NCBI RefSeq assembly: GCF_001465295.1
Contig: NZ_CP011034.1
Span: 3,270,001-3,302,000 of the forward strand
DNA: 32,000 nt
Source of the DNA: Pseudoalteromonas translucida KMM 520
Lineage (GTDB): Bacteria > Pseudomonadota > Gammaproteobacteria > Enterobacterales > Alteromonadaceae
Direction of reading: 5' to 3'
Shown here: positions 20,473 to 30,586 of the stretch, piece by piece
Numbering within the stretch: the stretch's first letter is position 1
Layout of the letters: each line of letters starts with the position of its first letter
The notes under the pieces: model-generated
The model's database searches: none
What the model was told of the DNA's origin: nothing
The model's input: the letters and a program-made list of their open reading frames with translations, nothing else
Program-made: the position numbers and the translations under genes

Positions 20473-22080
20473 ATGAAAGCACCAATTCACCTAATATCAA
20501 CATGGAAAAAAGCCTCAGTACCATTACTTAGCTTATTTCTTGTTTTTTCAGCTCAGCAAGCATTTTCAGCCACGCTTGACGTTGCCATCCCGCAAGACAA
20601 TTTATTTGATGTGATCAGCGCCCGCGCTCAAAAATTAGCGAGTGAGGAGTATATTGCCCCTAAAAACATCGAGCTAGATGCGCTAAATAATATTGAGTAT
20701 CAAGATTATCGCTCTATTCGTTTTAAACAAGACAAATCAATGTGGAAAGACGAAGGTCTTTACGAGCTTCAGCTGTTTCACCCCGGCTTTTTATATAAAA
20801 CACCAGTAACAATTAATACAGTTGATAGTGATTCTAAACTTAGCCGTTTACCGTTTAGTACTGACTTTTATCAGTACGATGGTACTGCAGCACCTTTAAA
20901 AGACGAAATAGCCAAGAGTATTGCCAATAAACAATTAGGCCATGCTGGGTTTAGGTTGCATTACCCAATTAATACCACTGAGTACAAAGATGAAGTAATG
21001 GTGTTTCAAGGTGCTTCTTATTTTAGAGTTGTTGGGCCTAATCAAGTGTATGGTCTATCGGCTCGAGGGTTAGCAATTGATACCGCAGAAGCGTCTGGCG
21101 AAGAATTTCCTGTGTTTAAAGAGTTTTGGTTAGTAAAACCACAGCCAGAACAAACCAACATTATCATTTTTGCACTGCTTGATAGCCCATCGGTTGCCGG
21201 CGCTTATAAGTTTAGTATTGACCCTACTACCAACACCAGCGTTAAAGTAGATATGCAAATTTTTGCCCGTAAAGACGTGAAAAAATTAGGCGTAGCACCG
21301 CTAACAAGCATGTTTTATCACGGCGAAAACAGCACTAAGTTTTTTGACGATTACCGCCCAGAAGTACATGACTCAGACGGACTGTTAACCCAATCTCAGG
21401 ATAACAACTGGATTTGGCGTCCGCTTAATAACCCGTCGCAACTTAGCGTAACCTCTTTTTCATACGAGAACCCTAAGGGATTTGGCTTAGCGCAACGTGA
21501 TCGTGAATTTAATAATTACTTTGATATTGAAGCGCATTACCACAACCGCCCTAGCCTGTGGATAGAGCCAGAAGGCGAGTGGGGAAATGGCCGAGTTGAG
21601 CTGGTAGAAATACCGACAGATACAGAAACAAACGACAACATAGTGAGCTACTGGGTGCCTGAAAAACCATTTAAAGCAGGCGATTCGTTAAAGCTAAGCT
21701 ATAAAATGACCACCTTTAATGCTTACTTAAATCAGCATGATAAGGCACGCGCAGTTCGCACTCGCATTGGTAGCGCAGCATTGCCGGGGGAAGATAACCC
21801 ACCACCTAAAAGCCATCGCCAATTTACGGTTGATTTTGCTGGGCCTGATATAAATAAGCTTTCAGAAAAGTTAAATTTAAATGCCGACATCCAATTAACA
21901 ACAGGTGAAGTAAGAGATGTAACTGTGCAAAAGTTACCAAATTCATTAGGCTGGCGAGTTGCATTTAAAATAGCTCCACAAAACGGCAAACCTGTAGATA
22001 TGCGCTTATCGTTAAAGCTGCATGATAAAGAAATTAGCGAGGTATGGAGTTATGTTTGGTATCCAAATGACATCAAGTAA
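20473..22080 (+). CDS. opgG: Osmoregulated periplasmic glucan biosynthesis protein G
   Basis: 535 aa with a Sec signal peptide. MdoG-family motifs GFRLHYPIN, FQGASYFRV, EEFPVFKEFWL. AAGGA SD upstream. Confidence 0.95.
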   Translation: MKAPIHLISTWKKASVPLLSLFLVFSAQQAFSATLDVAIPQDNLFDVISARAQKLASEEYIAPKNIELDALNNIEYQDYRSIRFKQDKSMWKDEGLYELQLFHPGFLYKTPVTINTVDSDSKLSRLPFSTDFYQYDGTAAPLKDEIAKSIANKQLGHAGFRLHYPINTTEYKDEVMVFQGASYFRVVGPNQVYGLSARGLAIDTAEASGEEFPVFKEFWLVKPQPEQTNIIIFALLDSPSVAGAYKFSIDPTTNTSVKVDMQIFARKDVKKLGVAPLTSMFYHGENSTKFFDDYRPEVHDSDGLLTQSQDNNWIWRPLNNPSQLSVTSFSYENPKGFGLAQRDREFNNYFDIEAHYHNRPSLWIEPEGEWGNGRVELVEIPTDTETNDNIVSYWVPEKPFKAGDSLKLSYKMTTFNAYLNQHDKARAVRTRIGSAALPGEDNPPPKSHRQFTVDFAGPDINKLSEKLNLNADIQLTTGEVRDVTVQKLPNSLGWRVAFKIAPQNGKPVDMRLSLKLHDKEISEVWSYVWYPNDIK

Positions 22081-24013
22081 ACAAACCACCAAAATATCTA
22101 TGCCCTTTAAGGCACTTCGTATTTGGTTATTTGCCATTGCCGCAATTGGTATATCTGCGTACGGCATCTCTATTATGTTTGAAATTTTAAACTCAAATGG
22201 TATGACGCCACTTGAGTATGCTTTGCTGGCATTATTTTCAATTACCTTTGCATGGATTGTTACCGCATTTTGTAGTGGCACTATAGGGTTTGTACTGCAA
22301 TTACTGCGTATTGATCCGCTTACTCTTAGGCGCATAAAACCGATAAAGCTTGAGAGCCAGGCATTTTCTCAGCAAAAAACTGCGATAGTAATGCCTATAT
22401 ATAACGAAGATACACATCGCGTTATTGCAGGCTTTGAAGTGAGCTTACAGTCATTAAAAGAGACTGGGGAATTAGCCAACTTTGATTTTTATTTACTCAG
22501 TGATACGCAAGATCCAACAATAGCTAAAAATGAACTAAGTGCTTGGCATGCTTTGTGTGAGCGCCTAGGCGAGACATCAAAGCAATTGTTTTATCGTCGC
22601 CGCGAAGATAATAAACACCGTAAAGTAGGTAATTTAACCGACTTTTTTGAGCGCTGGGGAAGCCAGTACGATCATATGATTGTGCTTGATGCCGACAGCG
22701 TTATGACAGGTAAGTGCATGCTAGAGCTAACCGCCAGCATGATTAACAACCCGCAAGTAGGACTTATTCAAACTATTCCTATTCCGGTACGTCAAGATAC
22801 CTTTTTTGGTCGTTTTTTACAGTTTGCTTCGGTACTTTATAGCCCTATGCTGGCAACAGGGTCGGCATTTTGGCAAACCGATAAAGCAAACTACTGGGGC
22901 CATAATGCCATAATTAGAGTAAGCGCATTTATTGACTGCTGTGGTTTACCCACACTTAAAGGCAATGCCCCTTTTGGTGGTGAAATACTCAGCCATGATT
23001 TTGTAGAAGCATCATTACTACACAGTGCAAATTGGGAAGTATTACTACTTGCTGATATTGAAGGCAGCTATGAAGAAGTTCCAAGTAATATTTTAGATTA
23101 TGCCGTGCGCGACAGACGCTGGGTGCAGGGTAATATTCAACATATTGGATTGCTTACGTCACCAAAGTTAAAGCTGATGAGCAAATTTCACTTTTTACTT
23201 GGCGCTACCGCTTATATTTCGTCATTAATATGGTTACTTATGCTCGCGTTAAGTACGGTTGATGCCGTAACACGTGCTTTAAATAGCGACGTTTATTTTA
23301 ACCGCGCTTATCAATTGTTCCCTACTTGGCAAATAGCTAAAACCGATTTAATTGATGCTCTGCTCTATCTTACTATTGTTATTTTATTGCTACCAAAACT
23401 AATGGGTATAATTGTAACCTTGGTGCACAGAAAAAACCGCTTCGGTGGTGCTATTAAACTTACATTAGGCGCAATTATCGAAACGGTTTTTGCGATTGTC
23501 ATGGCTCCGTTAATGATGGTGTTTCATGCTTACTTTGTTGTTTGTGTATTTTTAGGCAAAAAAGTTAAATGGGATGCTCAACCACGAGAAGGCCGCATGG
23601 TGCCATGGAAAGAAGCGTTTAGTTATACGTTATTTTCTACTTTGGTCGCTATTGCTTGGGGTAGCACAGCATATTTCTTCACGCCGGTATTTTTTTGGTG
23701 GCTCTCACCTATATTACTAGGCTTAGTACTAGCTGCACCTATAGTGCGTTATTCAAGTAGTATAAAACTGGGTGTTAAACTTAGAAAGCTAGGTATATTT
23801 ATCTGCCCTAGTGAAGTAGATAACGATACCATGCTAGAAGCACTTAAAGTGCACCTTAAAGAGATTTCGGTACCCACCGCAGGGCAATACCCTTTAACTA
23901 TACCCGCATTGCCAAAAGAGCATTTGGTTACCATGCCAATACAAAGCTTTAATAAGTCACGCACGCCAAAGATGAAAGCGCTAAAAGAAAAGCTAATTAA
24001 AAAGCTTAGCTAG
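22052..24013 (+). CDS. opgH: Osmoregulated periplasmic glucan glucosyltransferase H (GT2, membrane)
   Basis: GT2 motifs MPIYNED, LSDTQD, VLDADS, SHDFVEA, RDRRWVQGN, plus multiple TM helices. The start is ambiguous among 22022, 22052, 22067 and 22100. I chose 22052 because GAGG (22039-22042) lies 9 nt upstream. That start overlaps the opgG 3' end by 29 nt. Confidence 0.88.
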   Translation: MFGIQMTSSKQTTKISMPFKALRIWLFAIAAIGISAYGISIMFEILNSNGMTPLEYALLALFSITFAWIVTAFCSGTIGFVLQLLRIDPLTLRRIKPIKLESQAFSQQKTAIVMPIYNEDTHRVIAGFEVSLQSLKETGELANFDFYLLSDTQDPTIAKNELSAWHALCERLGETSKQLFYRRREDNKHRKVGNLTDFFERWGSQYDHMIVLDADSVMTGKCMLELTASMINNPQVGLIQTIPIPVRQDTFFGRFLQFASVLYSPMLATGSAFWQTDKANYWGHNAIIRVSAFIDCCGLPTLKGNAPFGGEILSHDFVEASLLHSANWEVLLLADIEGSYEEVPSNILDYAVRDRRWVQGNIQHIGLLTSPKLKLMSKFHFLLGATAYISSLIWLLMLALSTVDAVTRALNSDVYFNRAYQLFPTWQIAKTDLIDALLYLTIVILLLPKLMGIIVTLVHRKNRFGGAIKLTLGAIIETVFAIVMAPLMMVFHAYFVVCVFLGKKVKWDAQPREGRMVPWKEAFSYTLFSTLVAIAWGSTAYFFTPVFFWWLSPILLGLVLAAPIVRYSSSIKLGVKLRKLGIFICPSEVDNDTMLEALKVHLKEISVPTAGQYPLTIPALPKEHLVTMPIQSFNKSRTPKMKALKEKLIKKLS

Positions 24014-24030
24014 CGCCACACTTTAAAATA

Positions 24031-24060
24031 AAAAAAGGAGCTATTTATAGCTCCTTTTTT
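24031..24060 (+). terminator. Rho-independent terminator after opgH
   Basis: AAAAAAGGAGCTA (24031-24043), loop TTTA, then TAGCTCCTTTTTT (24048-24060). This is a perfect 13-bp palindrome ending in a T6 tract. Confidence 0.75.
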
Positions 24061-24342
24061 ATTGTCGGTAATTAGCTGTTTATATCTTCTTTATTAATTG
24101 TATTAAATTAGTAGCGTTTATAGGCAAAGGTAAACAACTCAACAGTAGTAGCCATCATGGTGTATAGCGCATCATCGCAATACTCCTCACACTTGCATAC
24201 GCGCACAGCTAAATTAATAACTCATTGGGCGTGCTGGGCATTTATGCGTCGTTATTACCTGGCCTCAAAAGCAAATACACCGCTGCAAATTTAACCTCGA
24301 AAGGTAAACACACCCTAATATATCAATTTTATTATAGGCAAT

Positions 24343-24365
24343 AAAAAACCCGCAACATGTGCGGG
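24343..24365 (-). terminator. Rho-independent terminator after the EF-G gene
   Basis: Stem CCCGCA (24349-24354) / TGCGGG (24360-24365) with a 5-nt loop. On the minus strand the hairpin is followed by TTTTTT (the complement of 24343-24348). It lies 26 nt past the EF-G stop. Confidence 0.75.
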
Positions 24366-24390
24366 TTTCTTTAAAGAGTTAAGGTGCTAA

Positions 24391-26475
24391 TTACTTAGCA
24401 GCTTTTTTCTCTTTTTCTGCAGCGATTACAGCTTCAGCAACGTTATTAGGACATGGTGCGTAATGTGAGAACTCCATAGAGAACTGACCACGACCTGATG
24501 TCATTGTACGTAATGAACCGATGTAACCGAACATTTCTGATAACGGTACGTCTACTTTAATGCGAACGCCAGTTAAACCAGGCTCTTGGTCTTTCATCAT
24601 ACCACGACGACGGTTAAGGTCACCGATTACGTCACCTACATGATCTTCCGGCGTGAACACGTCAACTTTCATGATTGGCTCAAGAAGTTGTGCACCCGCT
24701 TTAGGGATAGATTGACGGAAAGCACCTTTAGCAGCGATTTCGAACGCAATTGCTGATGAATCCACTGCGTGGAAGCCACCATCAAAAAGTTCAACTTCAA
24801 CGTCAAGTACTGGGAAGCCAGCTAAAACACCAGTGCCCATCATTGACTTAAAGCCTTTCTCAACTGCAGGCCAGAATTCTTTAGGTACGTTACCACCAAC
24901 AACAGATGATTTAAACGTGAAACCAGAAGCAACTTCGCCTGGCTTAATACGGTAATCAATTTTACCGAACTGACCAGAACCACCAGACTGTTTCTTATGC
25001 GTGTAGCTATCTTCAATTTCTTTAGTGATAGTTTCACGGTAAGCAACCTGCGGTTGACCAACAATAAGGTCTACACCGTAAGTACGTCTAAGGATATCTA
25101 CTTTGATATCTAAGTGAAGCTCGCCCATTCCTTTAAGAATAGTTTCGCCTGAATCTTCATCTGTCTCAACTTGGAAAGATGGATCTTCTGCAACCATTTT
25201 ACCGATAGCAACACCCATTTTCTCATTACCGCCTTTATCTTTAGGCTGTACAGCAATCGAGATTACTGGAGTTGGGAATACCATTGGCTCAAGTGTTACT
25301 GGGTGCTTAGGATCACATAATGTGTGACCAGTTTGCACGTTTTTCATGCCTACGATAGCAATGATGTCACCAGCTTGTGCGCTAGTTAATTCGTTACGGT
25401 CATCTGCTTGCATCTCAACCATACGGCCAACACGTTCAGTTTTACCAGTAAACGCATTAAGGATAGTGTCACCCTTGTTTAGTTTACCTGAGTAAATACG
25501 TACGAATGTTAACGCACCAAAACGGTCATCCATTATTTTGAATGCTAACGCTTTAAATGGTAGGTCTGTAGATACGATAGCGAATTCGCCGTTTTCATTA
25601 CCTTCTTCGTCCATAAGAGGTTGAGGATCAACTTCTGTAGGTGCCGGTAAGTAATCAACAACTGCGTCAAGAATAAGCTGCATACCTTTGTTTTTGTATG
25701 CTGAGCCACAGTATGTTGGGAAGAAAGCAAGGTCACGAGTACCTTTACGGATACAACGCTTCACATCTTCAATTGAAGGAATTACACCTTCCATGTACGT
25801 TTCTAGTAGCTCATCGTCTTGCTCAACAGCAGTTTCGATAAGTAACTCATGGTATTCCTCAACTTGGTCAACCATGTCTGCAGGAACGTCTTCAATTGTG
25901 TAGTTCTCTGGAAGGCCAGTCGCATCCCAAACATATGCTTGCTTGGTTAAAACGTCAACAACACCAACAAAATCATCTTCAATACCGATTGGTAAAGTCA
26001 TGATTAATGGAGTTGCACCAAGTACTTTTTGTACTTGATTAGTTACACGGAAGAAATCAGCACCCATACGGTCTAATTTATTCACGAAAATAACACGTGC
26101 TACACCTGACTCATTCGCATAACGCCAGTTAGTTTCTGATTGTGGTTCAACACCACCAGAGCCACAGAATACACCGATGCCGCCATCTAATACTTTAAGT
26201 GAACGGTAAACTTCAACAGTGAAGTCAACGTGTCCAGGAGTATCGATAACGTTAAAACGGTGATCTTTCCAGAAACAGCTTACAGCCGCAGACTGAATAG
26301 TAATACCGCGCTCAGCTTCTTGGTCCATGAAATCTGTAACTGATGTGCCATCGTGCGTGTCACCACTTTTGTGGATTTGACCAGTAAGCTTTAGTATACG
26401 CTCAGTGGTGGTAGTTTTACCCGCATCAACGTGCGCGAAAATACCAATGTTTCTGTACTTCGATAAATCTGCCAT
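24391..26475 (-). CDS. fusA: Elongation factor G (stand-alone paralog, not in an rpsL-rpsG-fusA-tuf context)
   Basis: 694 aa. GTPase motifs [21 protein letters not shown], with full EF-G domains II-V. Codon choice is strongly biased (CGT, GGT, TTC, TAC, AAC, ATC) compared with the neighbouring genes. Confidence 0.95.
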   Translation of the reverse strand: MADLSKYRNIGIFAHVDAGKTTTTERILKLTGQIHKSGDTHDGTSVTDFMDQEAERGITIQSAAVSCFWKDHRFNVIDTPGHVDFTVEVYRSLKVLDGGIGVFCGSGGVEPQSETNWRYANESGVARVIFVNKLDRMGADFFRVTNQVQKVLGATPLIMTLPIGIEDDFVGVVDVLTKQAYVWDATGLPENYTIEDVPADMVDQVEEYHELLIETAVEQDDELLETYMEGVIPSIEDVKRCIRKGTRDLAFFPTYCGSAYKNKGMQLILDAVVDYLPAPTEVDPQPLMDEEGNENGEFAIVSTDLPFKALAFKIMDDRFGALTFVRIYSGKLNKGDTILNAFTGKTERVGRMVEMQADDRNELTSAQAGDIIAIVGMKNVQTGHTLCDPKHPVTLEPMVFPTPVISIAVQPKDKGGNEKMGVAIGKMVAEDPSFQVETDEDSGETILKGMGELHLDIKVDILRRTYGVDLIVGQPQVAYRETITKEIEDSYTHKKQSGGSGQFGKIDYRIKPGEVASGFTFKSSVVGGNVPKEFWPAVEKGFKSMMGTGVLAGFPVLDVEVELFDGGFHAVDSSAIAFEIAAKGAFRQSIPKAGAQLLEPIMKVDVFTPEDHVGDVIGDLNRRRGMMKDQEPGLTGVRIKVDVPLSEMFGYIGSLRTMTSGRGQFSMEFSHYAPCPNNVAEAVIAAEKEKKAAK

Positions 26476-26674
26476 TAGTTTACTCTTAATAAAGTCGAAA
26501 AATTATTCGGCCAGAGTATAACATCACTTAAAGCGAACATCACCATAGAAGTCGCTTAAAATGCAGTCAATTATATAAAAAAAATGATGCATGGTTTGAA
26601 ATGGCTATTTTTTGTAGTGCAAGCGAGGGATCAATTTACCTAATGAAGCTTTACCTTACTCTGTACTCTTTATT

Positions 26675-27400
26675 TTATTGGCATATTTTATAGCAACGCT
26701 CTGGACGACCAATACTACCATAGCTTTGATCAGCTCTAACCTGCTCTGCTTCAAGCATGTATTCTAGATATCGGCGAGCAGTCGATCGGCTCACACCCAC
26801 TAAATCGCCCATTTGCTGAGCTGTAAATGCTGTTTCTTTATGTTCATTAAATGCAGTTATTATTTTTTTTAAGGTAAGCGAGTCGACTCCTTTGGGTAAG
26901 CGTGTTGTGGTACTAACGCGCTCTTTTGAACCAAATAGGGTATCAACCATAGACTGCGTCACCTCAACAGCAGCCGAAAAACATTGTTGGCGAGCTTCAA
27001 AACGTGCCAGAGCTTGATCTAACCTATTTAACATGAGTGGTTTTACTAAAAAGTCACTGGCGCCTAACTGCATTGCTTTTTCGAGTATTTCCACTTCTTT
27101 TGCCGCTGTGAGCAACATCACTTCGCTTTTTATGTTTAAGCGGCGCAAATCACTCAATAAGTCTAAGCCGTTACCGTCGGGCAAATGAATATCAAGTAAC
27201 ACTAAATCTGGATTAACTGCCTGCAACAAAGCCTTTGCCGTAGCTAAGTTACCGGCAATGCCCACTACCTGATACTGCCCTTGCCTGAGACTTTGCTTGG
27301 GTGTGTGGTTTCCTGCAACACCATTAGGTAGCAGTAAATATTGTGCTAATAACTGCGCAACCTCTACTTCATCTTCAACTATCACTACTGAGTACGTCAT
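26675..27400 (-). CDS. Two-component response regulator, CitB/DcuR family
   Basis: 241 aa. Receiver motifs VVIVEDE, LVLLDIHLPDGNG, LTAA, VKP. CitB/DcuR-type C-terminal HTH (LPKGVDSLTLKKI...GVSRSTARRYLEYM). Confidence 0.9.
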   Translation of the reverse strand: MTYSVVIVEDEVEVAQLLAQYLLLPNGVAGNHTPKQSLRQGQYQVVGIAGNLATAKALLQAVNPDLVLLDIHLPDGNGLDLLSDLRRLNIKSEVMLLTAAKEVEILEKAMQLGASDFLVKPLMLNRLDQALARFEARQQCFSAAVEVTQSMVDTLFGSKERVSTTTRLPKGVDSLTLKKIITAFNEHKETAFTAQQMGDLVGVSRSTARRYLEYMLEAEQVRADQSYGSIGRPERCYKICQ

Positions 27401-27415
27401 GTTTTATTACTCTTA

Positions 27416-29038
27416 TTATTTGGGGATATAAACACTGAGGCGCGCACCCAGTAGATCTGATTCACCTATTTCTAAACTCCCACCGCACGAATCTAAATTA
27501 GTTTTAACTAAATACAAACCAATTCCATGTTCCGCACCCGACTTAGAGCTGTATTGTGGGGTAAATATCACATTATGATCAGGTCCTAAACCAAAACCGC
27601 TATCTTCTACATCAAAAAGTAGCGTTTTGCTGGTTTCATCAACCGTTACCCGTACTTTAGCAGCACGAGTATCTGATGCTCGAATGGCCGCATCAATCGC
27701 GTTGTCGATTAGGTTACCTAAAATAGATACCACCCGCTCTAAAATATCTTTGCGAGTTATTTCACCAAGCAAGCTATCGGGGTTAAGCGTTAACACCACA
27801 TTTAACTCTCTTGCTTTATGGTATTTACCAACTAACAAACCTGCAAGCACAGGATCTTGTATTCGCTCTAACAAGTTATGTATTTGCGCCTGCGACCCTT
27901 GGCTTTCTTGACCTATAATTTCAATCGCTTGCTCATTTTTGCCCATTTGCACTAACGCCCCAATTAAATTGAGCTTATTTGAGTAGTCATGAGTTTGCAC
28001 TCTTAACAGCTCCGCAAACGCCTGTACTTTAGTAAGTTGTTGGCTTAAATATTCGAGTTCATCAGAGGGGCGCATACTAAGTAAAATACCATCTGCTTGG
28101 CCTTGTACCTGCAAAGCAAAGCGCGATAATATTATTCGTTTATCGGCGGCAAATAGCTCAAACCCTACTATTTCGCGTGACTGGTTACGCAGCAAAAATT
28201 CAGCATGCTCAGGAAGTAAATCAGCAAGCGTGAGGGTTTGGTGAGTATAAGCAAGAGGTTTATCTAAAATTTCGCAAGCACGTTGATTCAACTTACGTAC
28301 ATTCCCCTCGGGGTCGAGCGCAATTATGCCATTACGCACCGTATTTAAAATAGCATTTTGTTCTGAAAACAACCGCGCAATCTCATCTGGCTGTAAACCA
28401 AAAATGGCATTTCGCACCCGCTGACCAATATAAATAGCCACCACAATACTTAAGCCCACCACCACTAAGCCCCAAATTAAAATCTCAATACTGCGAGAAC
28501 GTATAAGAGGGTCGATTGACTGCACTAAAAAACCGACCGATACCAAGCCTATTATTTGGTTATTATTCGAATAAACAGGCACCTTACCGCGAATTGACTC
28601 TCCTAAACTGCCACGAGCAAGCGAAATATAGCGCTCACCCTTTAATGCAGCTTGGCTATCGCCACCCACCATACGCTTACCAATCTTCTTTTCATCAGGA
28701 TGCACAATACGCAATGCATTTTCATCGCCAATAACAATAAAGTCGGCTCCAGTAAGTTGCCTTATTTCTTCTACTTCCTCGTTAATAGCCAATAAATCTT
28801 TTGGATTTTTCAGTGCTTTTATAACATCCACGCGTGAGGCTATACTGCTGGCAACGGCCAATGCTTTGTCGCCAATGTGACTATGTAAGCTTTGCGCCGT
28901 AAGCTGATACACCAACGCGCCAAACAACAATGCTTGTAATACACATAAACCAGTTACCCAAATAATTAGCCGAGTTTCTAGGCGTTTAGGTTTTTTAACC
29001 ATATGTTGCAATGGGCTTAGCTTGTTGGTGTTTTTCAT
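27416..29038 (-). CDS. Sensor histidine kinase, CitA/DcuS family
   Basis: 540 aa. Two TM helices flank a ~150-aa periplasmic PAS/Cache-like domain, followed by a cytoplasmic PAS domain. SpoB-type H-box VQTHDYSNKLNLIGALVQMG, and HATPase motifs GNLIDNAIDA, DSGFG, GIGLYLV. Confidence 0.9.
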   Translation of the reverse strand: MKNTNKLSPLQHMVKKPKRLETRLIIWVTGLCVLQALLFGALVYQLTAQSLHSHIGDKALAVASSIASRVDVIKALKNPKDLLAINEEVEEIRQLTGADFIVIGDENALRIVHPDEKKIGKRMVGGDSQAALKGERYISLARGSLGESIRGKVPVYSNNNQIIGLVSVGFLVQSIDPLIRSRSIEILIWGLVVVGLSIVVAIYIGQRVRNAIFGLQPDEIARLFSEQNAILNTVRNGIIALDPEGNVRKLNQRACEILDKPLAYTHQTLTLADLLPEHAEFLLRNQSREIVGFELFAADKRIILSRFALQVQGQADGILLSMRPSDELEYLSQQLTKVQAFAELLRVQTHDYSNKLNLIGALVQMGKNEQAIEIIGQESQGSQAQIHNLLERIQDPVLAGLLVGKYHKARELNVVLTLNPDSLLGEITRKDILERVVSILGNLIDNAIDAAIRASDTRAAKVRVTVDETSKTLLFDVEDSGFGLGPDHNVIFTPQYSSKSGAEHGIGLYLVKTNLDSCGGSLEIGESDLLGARLSVYIPK

Positions 29039-29050
29039 TTTTTGACTCTG

Positions 29051-30583
29051 TTAAGCCTGCTCTTGAAGCGCAGCTTTATCTGCACGGCGCTGCATTAAGT
29101 AATCTTTTAATGGAAATAAAAGCACTAAAATTGAAATAACAAATATGCTCAATGTAAGTGGGCGATCCCATAAAAAACTTAATGAACCATCAGAAATCAT
29201 CATAGAACGACGGAAATTACGTTCAATCATATCACCCAAAATAAAACCGAGTAGTAAAGGTGCCATAGGAAAAGCTAACAATCGTAATACCAACGCCACT
29301 AAGGCAAATCCCACCATCATAAATAAGTCAAAGGTATTAAAAGACACCAAATACACACCAATTAAGCTAAAGAACAAAATCATTACTGTGAGTACCGATT
29401 TGGGCATAGCTAATACTTTTGCAAAGTAAGGAATAAGCGGTAAGTTTAAAATAAGCAGCACTATATTACCAAAGTACATACTAACAATAACAGACCAAAA
29501 AACACTGGGGTTTTCTTGCATAAGCATTGGCCCTGGTTGTATACCATAGGCAATTAATGCCCCTAGCATAATAGCCGTAGTACCTGAGCCCGGAATACCT
29601 AGCGTTAACAAAGGTACAAATGAGCCAGTACATGCCGCATTATTAGCCGATTCGGGTGCAGCTAAACCACGTAATGAGCCTTTACCAAATTTTTCTTTTA
29701 AGCCTTTGGGTGCTAAGTTGCGCTCGGTTGCATAAGCCATAAAGCTTGCAATAGTTGCGCCTGCGCCCGGTAACACACCGACAATAAAGCCCAAAATAGA
29801 CGAGCGACCAATCACTGGCGCTATTTCTTTAATCTCGCTTTTAGTTAACTTAGTTGAACCTATTTGCGGCGTATCTGAATCGTTAATATTTTTGACGCCT
29901 TTTTTCTCTGGTTTTACTACGTTAACTAACGCTTCTGCTAATGCAAAGGTTGCCATAGCCACTAATAAAAAGCTAATACCATCAAGTAAGTCCGCTTGGC
30001 CAAAAGTAAATCGGTCGGTGCCCGATGAAGGATCGATGCCAACAGTAGCAAGCATTAGTCCAAATACCGTCATCATCATCGCTTTTAAAAATTGTCCTTT
30101 ATTAGAAAACGCTGCAATTGCGGTTAAGCCTAAAAACATCAGCACTACATAATCTGGTGATTGAAAACTCAGCGATACTTTAGCTAATAAAGGTGCGGCA
30201 ACCATTAACAATATAGCGCCGATAGTGCCCCCTATAAAGGAGGAGTAGGCAGCAATTGCCAATGCTTTACCTGCATGGCCTTGTTTTGCCAGTGGGTAGC
30301 CATCAAAGGAGGATGCCACCGTACCCGCAACCCCTGGTGCGTTAATTAAAATAGATGAAGTAGAACCACCAAAAATGGCACCATAATAAACACCCGCCAT
30401 TAAAATCATGCCCGAGTCGGCACCTATGCTATAAGTAATCGGGATCATTAATGCAATCGCAGTAATTGGCCCTAAACCCGGTAACATACCAATAAAAGTG
30501 CCCACTAGGCAGCCAGCAATCACATACATTAAATTATTAAAGTCGAGCACGGTCGACAAACCAAGCATAATTCCATCAAACAT
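29051..30583 (-). CDS. tctA: Tripartite tricarboxylate transporter large permease TctA
   Basis: 510 aa, polytopic. TctA-family features include G-rich helices (GMLPGLGP, GVLPGAGAT, LGIPGSGTTA). It follows tctB with a 3-nt gap. Confidence 0.9.
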   Translation of the reverse strand: MFDGIMLGLSTVLDFNNLMYVIAGCLVGTFIGMLPGLGPITAIALMIPITYSIGADSGMILMAGVYYGAIFGGSTSSILINAPGVAGTVASSFDGYPLAKQGHAGKALAIAAYSSFIGGTIGAILLMVAAPLLAKVSLSFQSPDYVVLMFLGLTAIAAFSNKGQFLKAMMMTVFGLMLATVGIDPSSGTDRFTFGQADLLDGISFLLVAMATFALAEALVNVVKPEKKGVKNINDSDTPQIGSTKLTKSEIKEIAPVIGRSSILGFIVGVLPGAGATIASFMAYATERNLAPKGLKEKFGKGSLRGLAAPESANNAACTGSFVPLLTLGIPGSGTTAIMLGALIAYGIQPGPMLMQENPSVFWSVIVSMYFGNIVLLILNLPLIPYFAKVLAMPKSVLTVMILFFSLIGVYLVSFNTFDLFMMVGFALVALVLRLLAFPMAPLLLGFILGDMIERNFRRSMMISDGSLSFLWDRPLTLSIFVISILVLLFPLKDYLMQRRADKAALQEQA

Positions 30584-30586
30584 AAT

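Noticed and set aside
20402-20476. 24-codon upstream ORF (MKQINKSIPILTVKISHVFIKERK) whose TGA overlaps the opgG ATG (ATGA), suggesting a leader peptide.
   Set aside because: It has no SD in front of its ATG. A 24-codon open stretch in a 350-bp AT-rich leader is not improbable by chance. It is worth a glance in ribosome-profiling data but is not supported from sequence alone.
22012-22335. 107-aa minus-strand ORF across the opgG/opgH junction.
   Set aside because: It is antisense to well-supported opgG and opgH coding sequence, with no motif and no RBS. It is a shadow ORF.
24157-24294. 45-codon plus-strand ORF (MVYSASSQYSSHLHTRTAKL...) and tiny minus-strand ORFs inside the opgH/EF-G spacer.
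   Set aside because: The 45-codon ORF has no RBS and an odd composition. The only good SD (GAGGAG, minus strand) precedes a 6-codon ORF. The region is reported as an unassigned spacer rather than as a CDS.
26476-26674. Promoter for the EF-G gene: a TATACT -10-like hexamer on the minus strand (complement of 26515-26520).
   Set aside because: There is no acceptable -35 at 16-18 nt spacing (best match 3/6). The region is AT-rich, so isolated -10-like hexamers are uninformative. It is not called.
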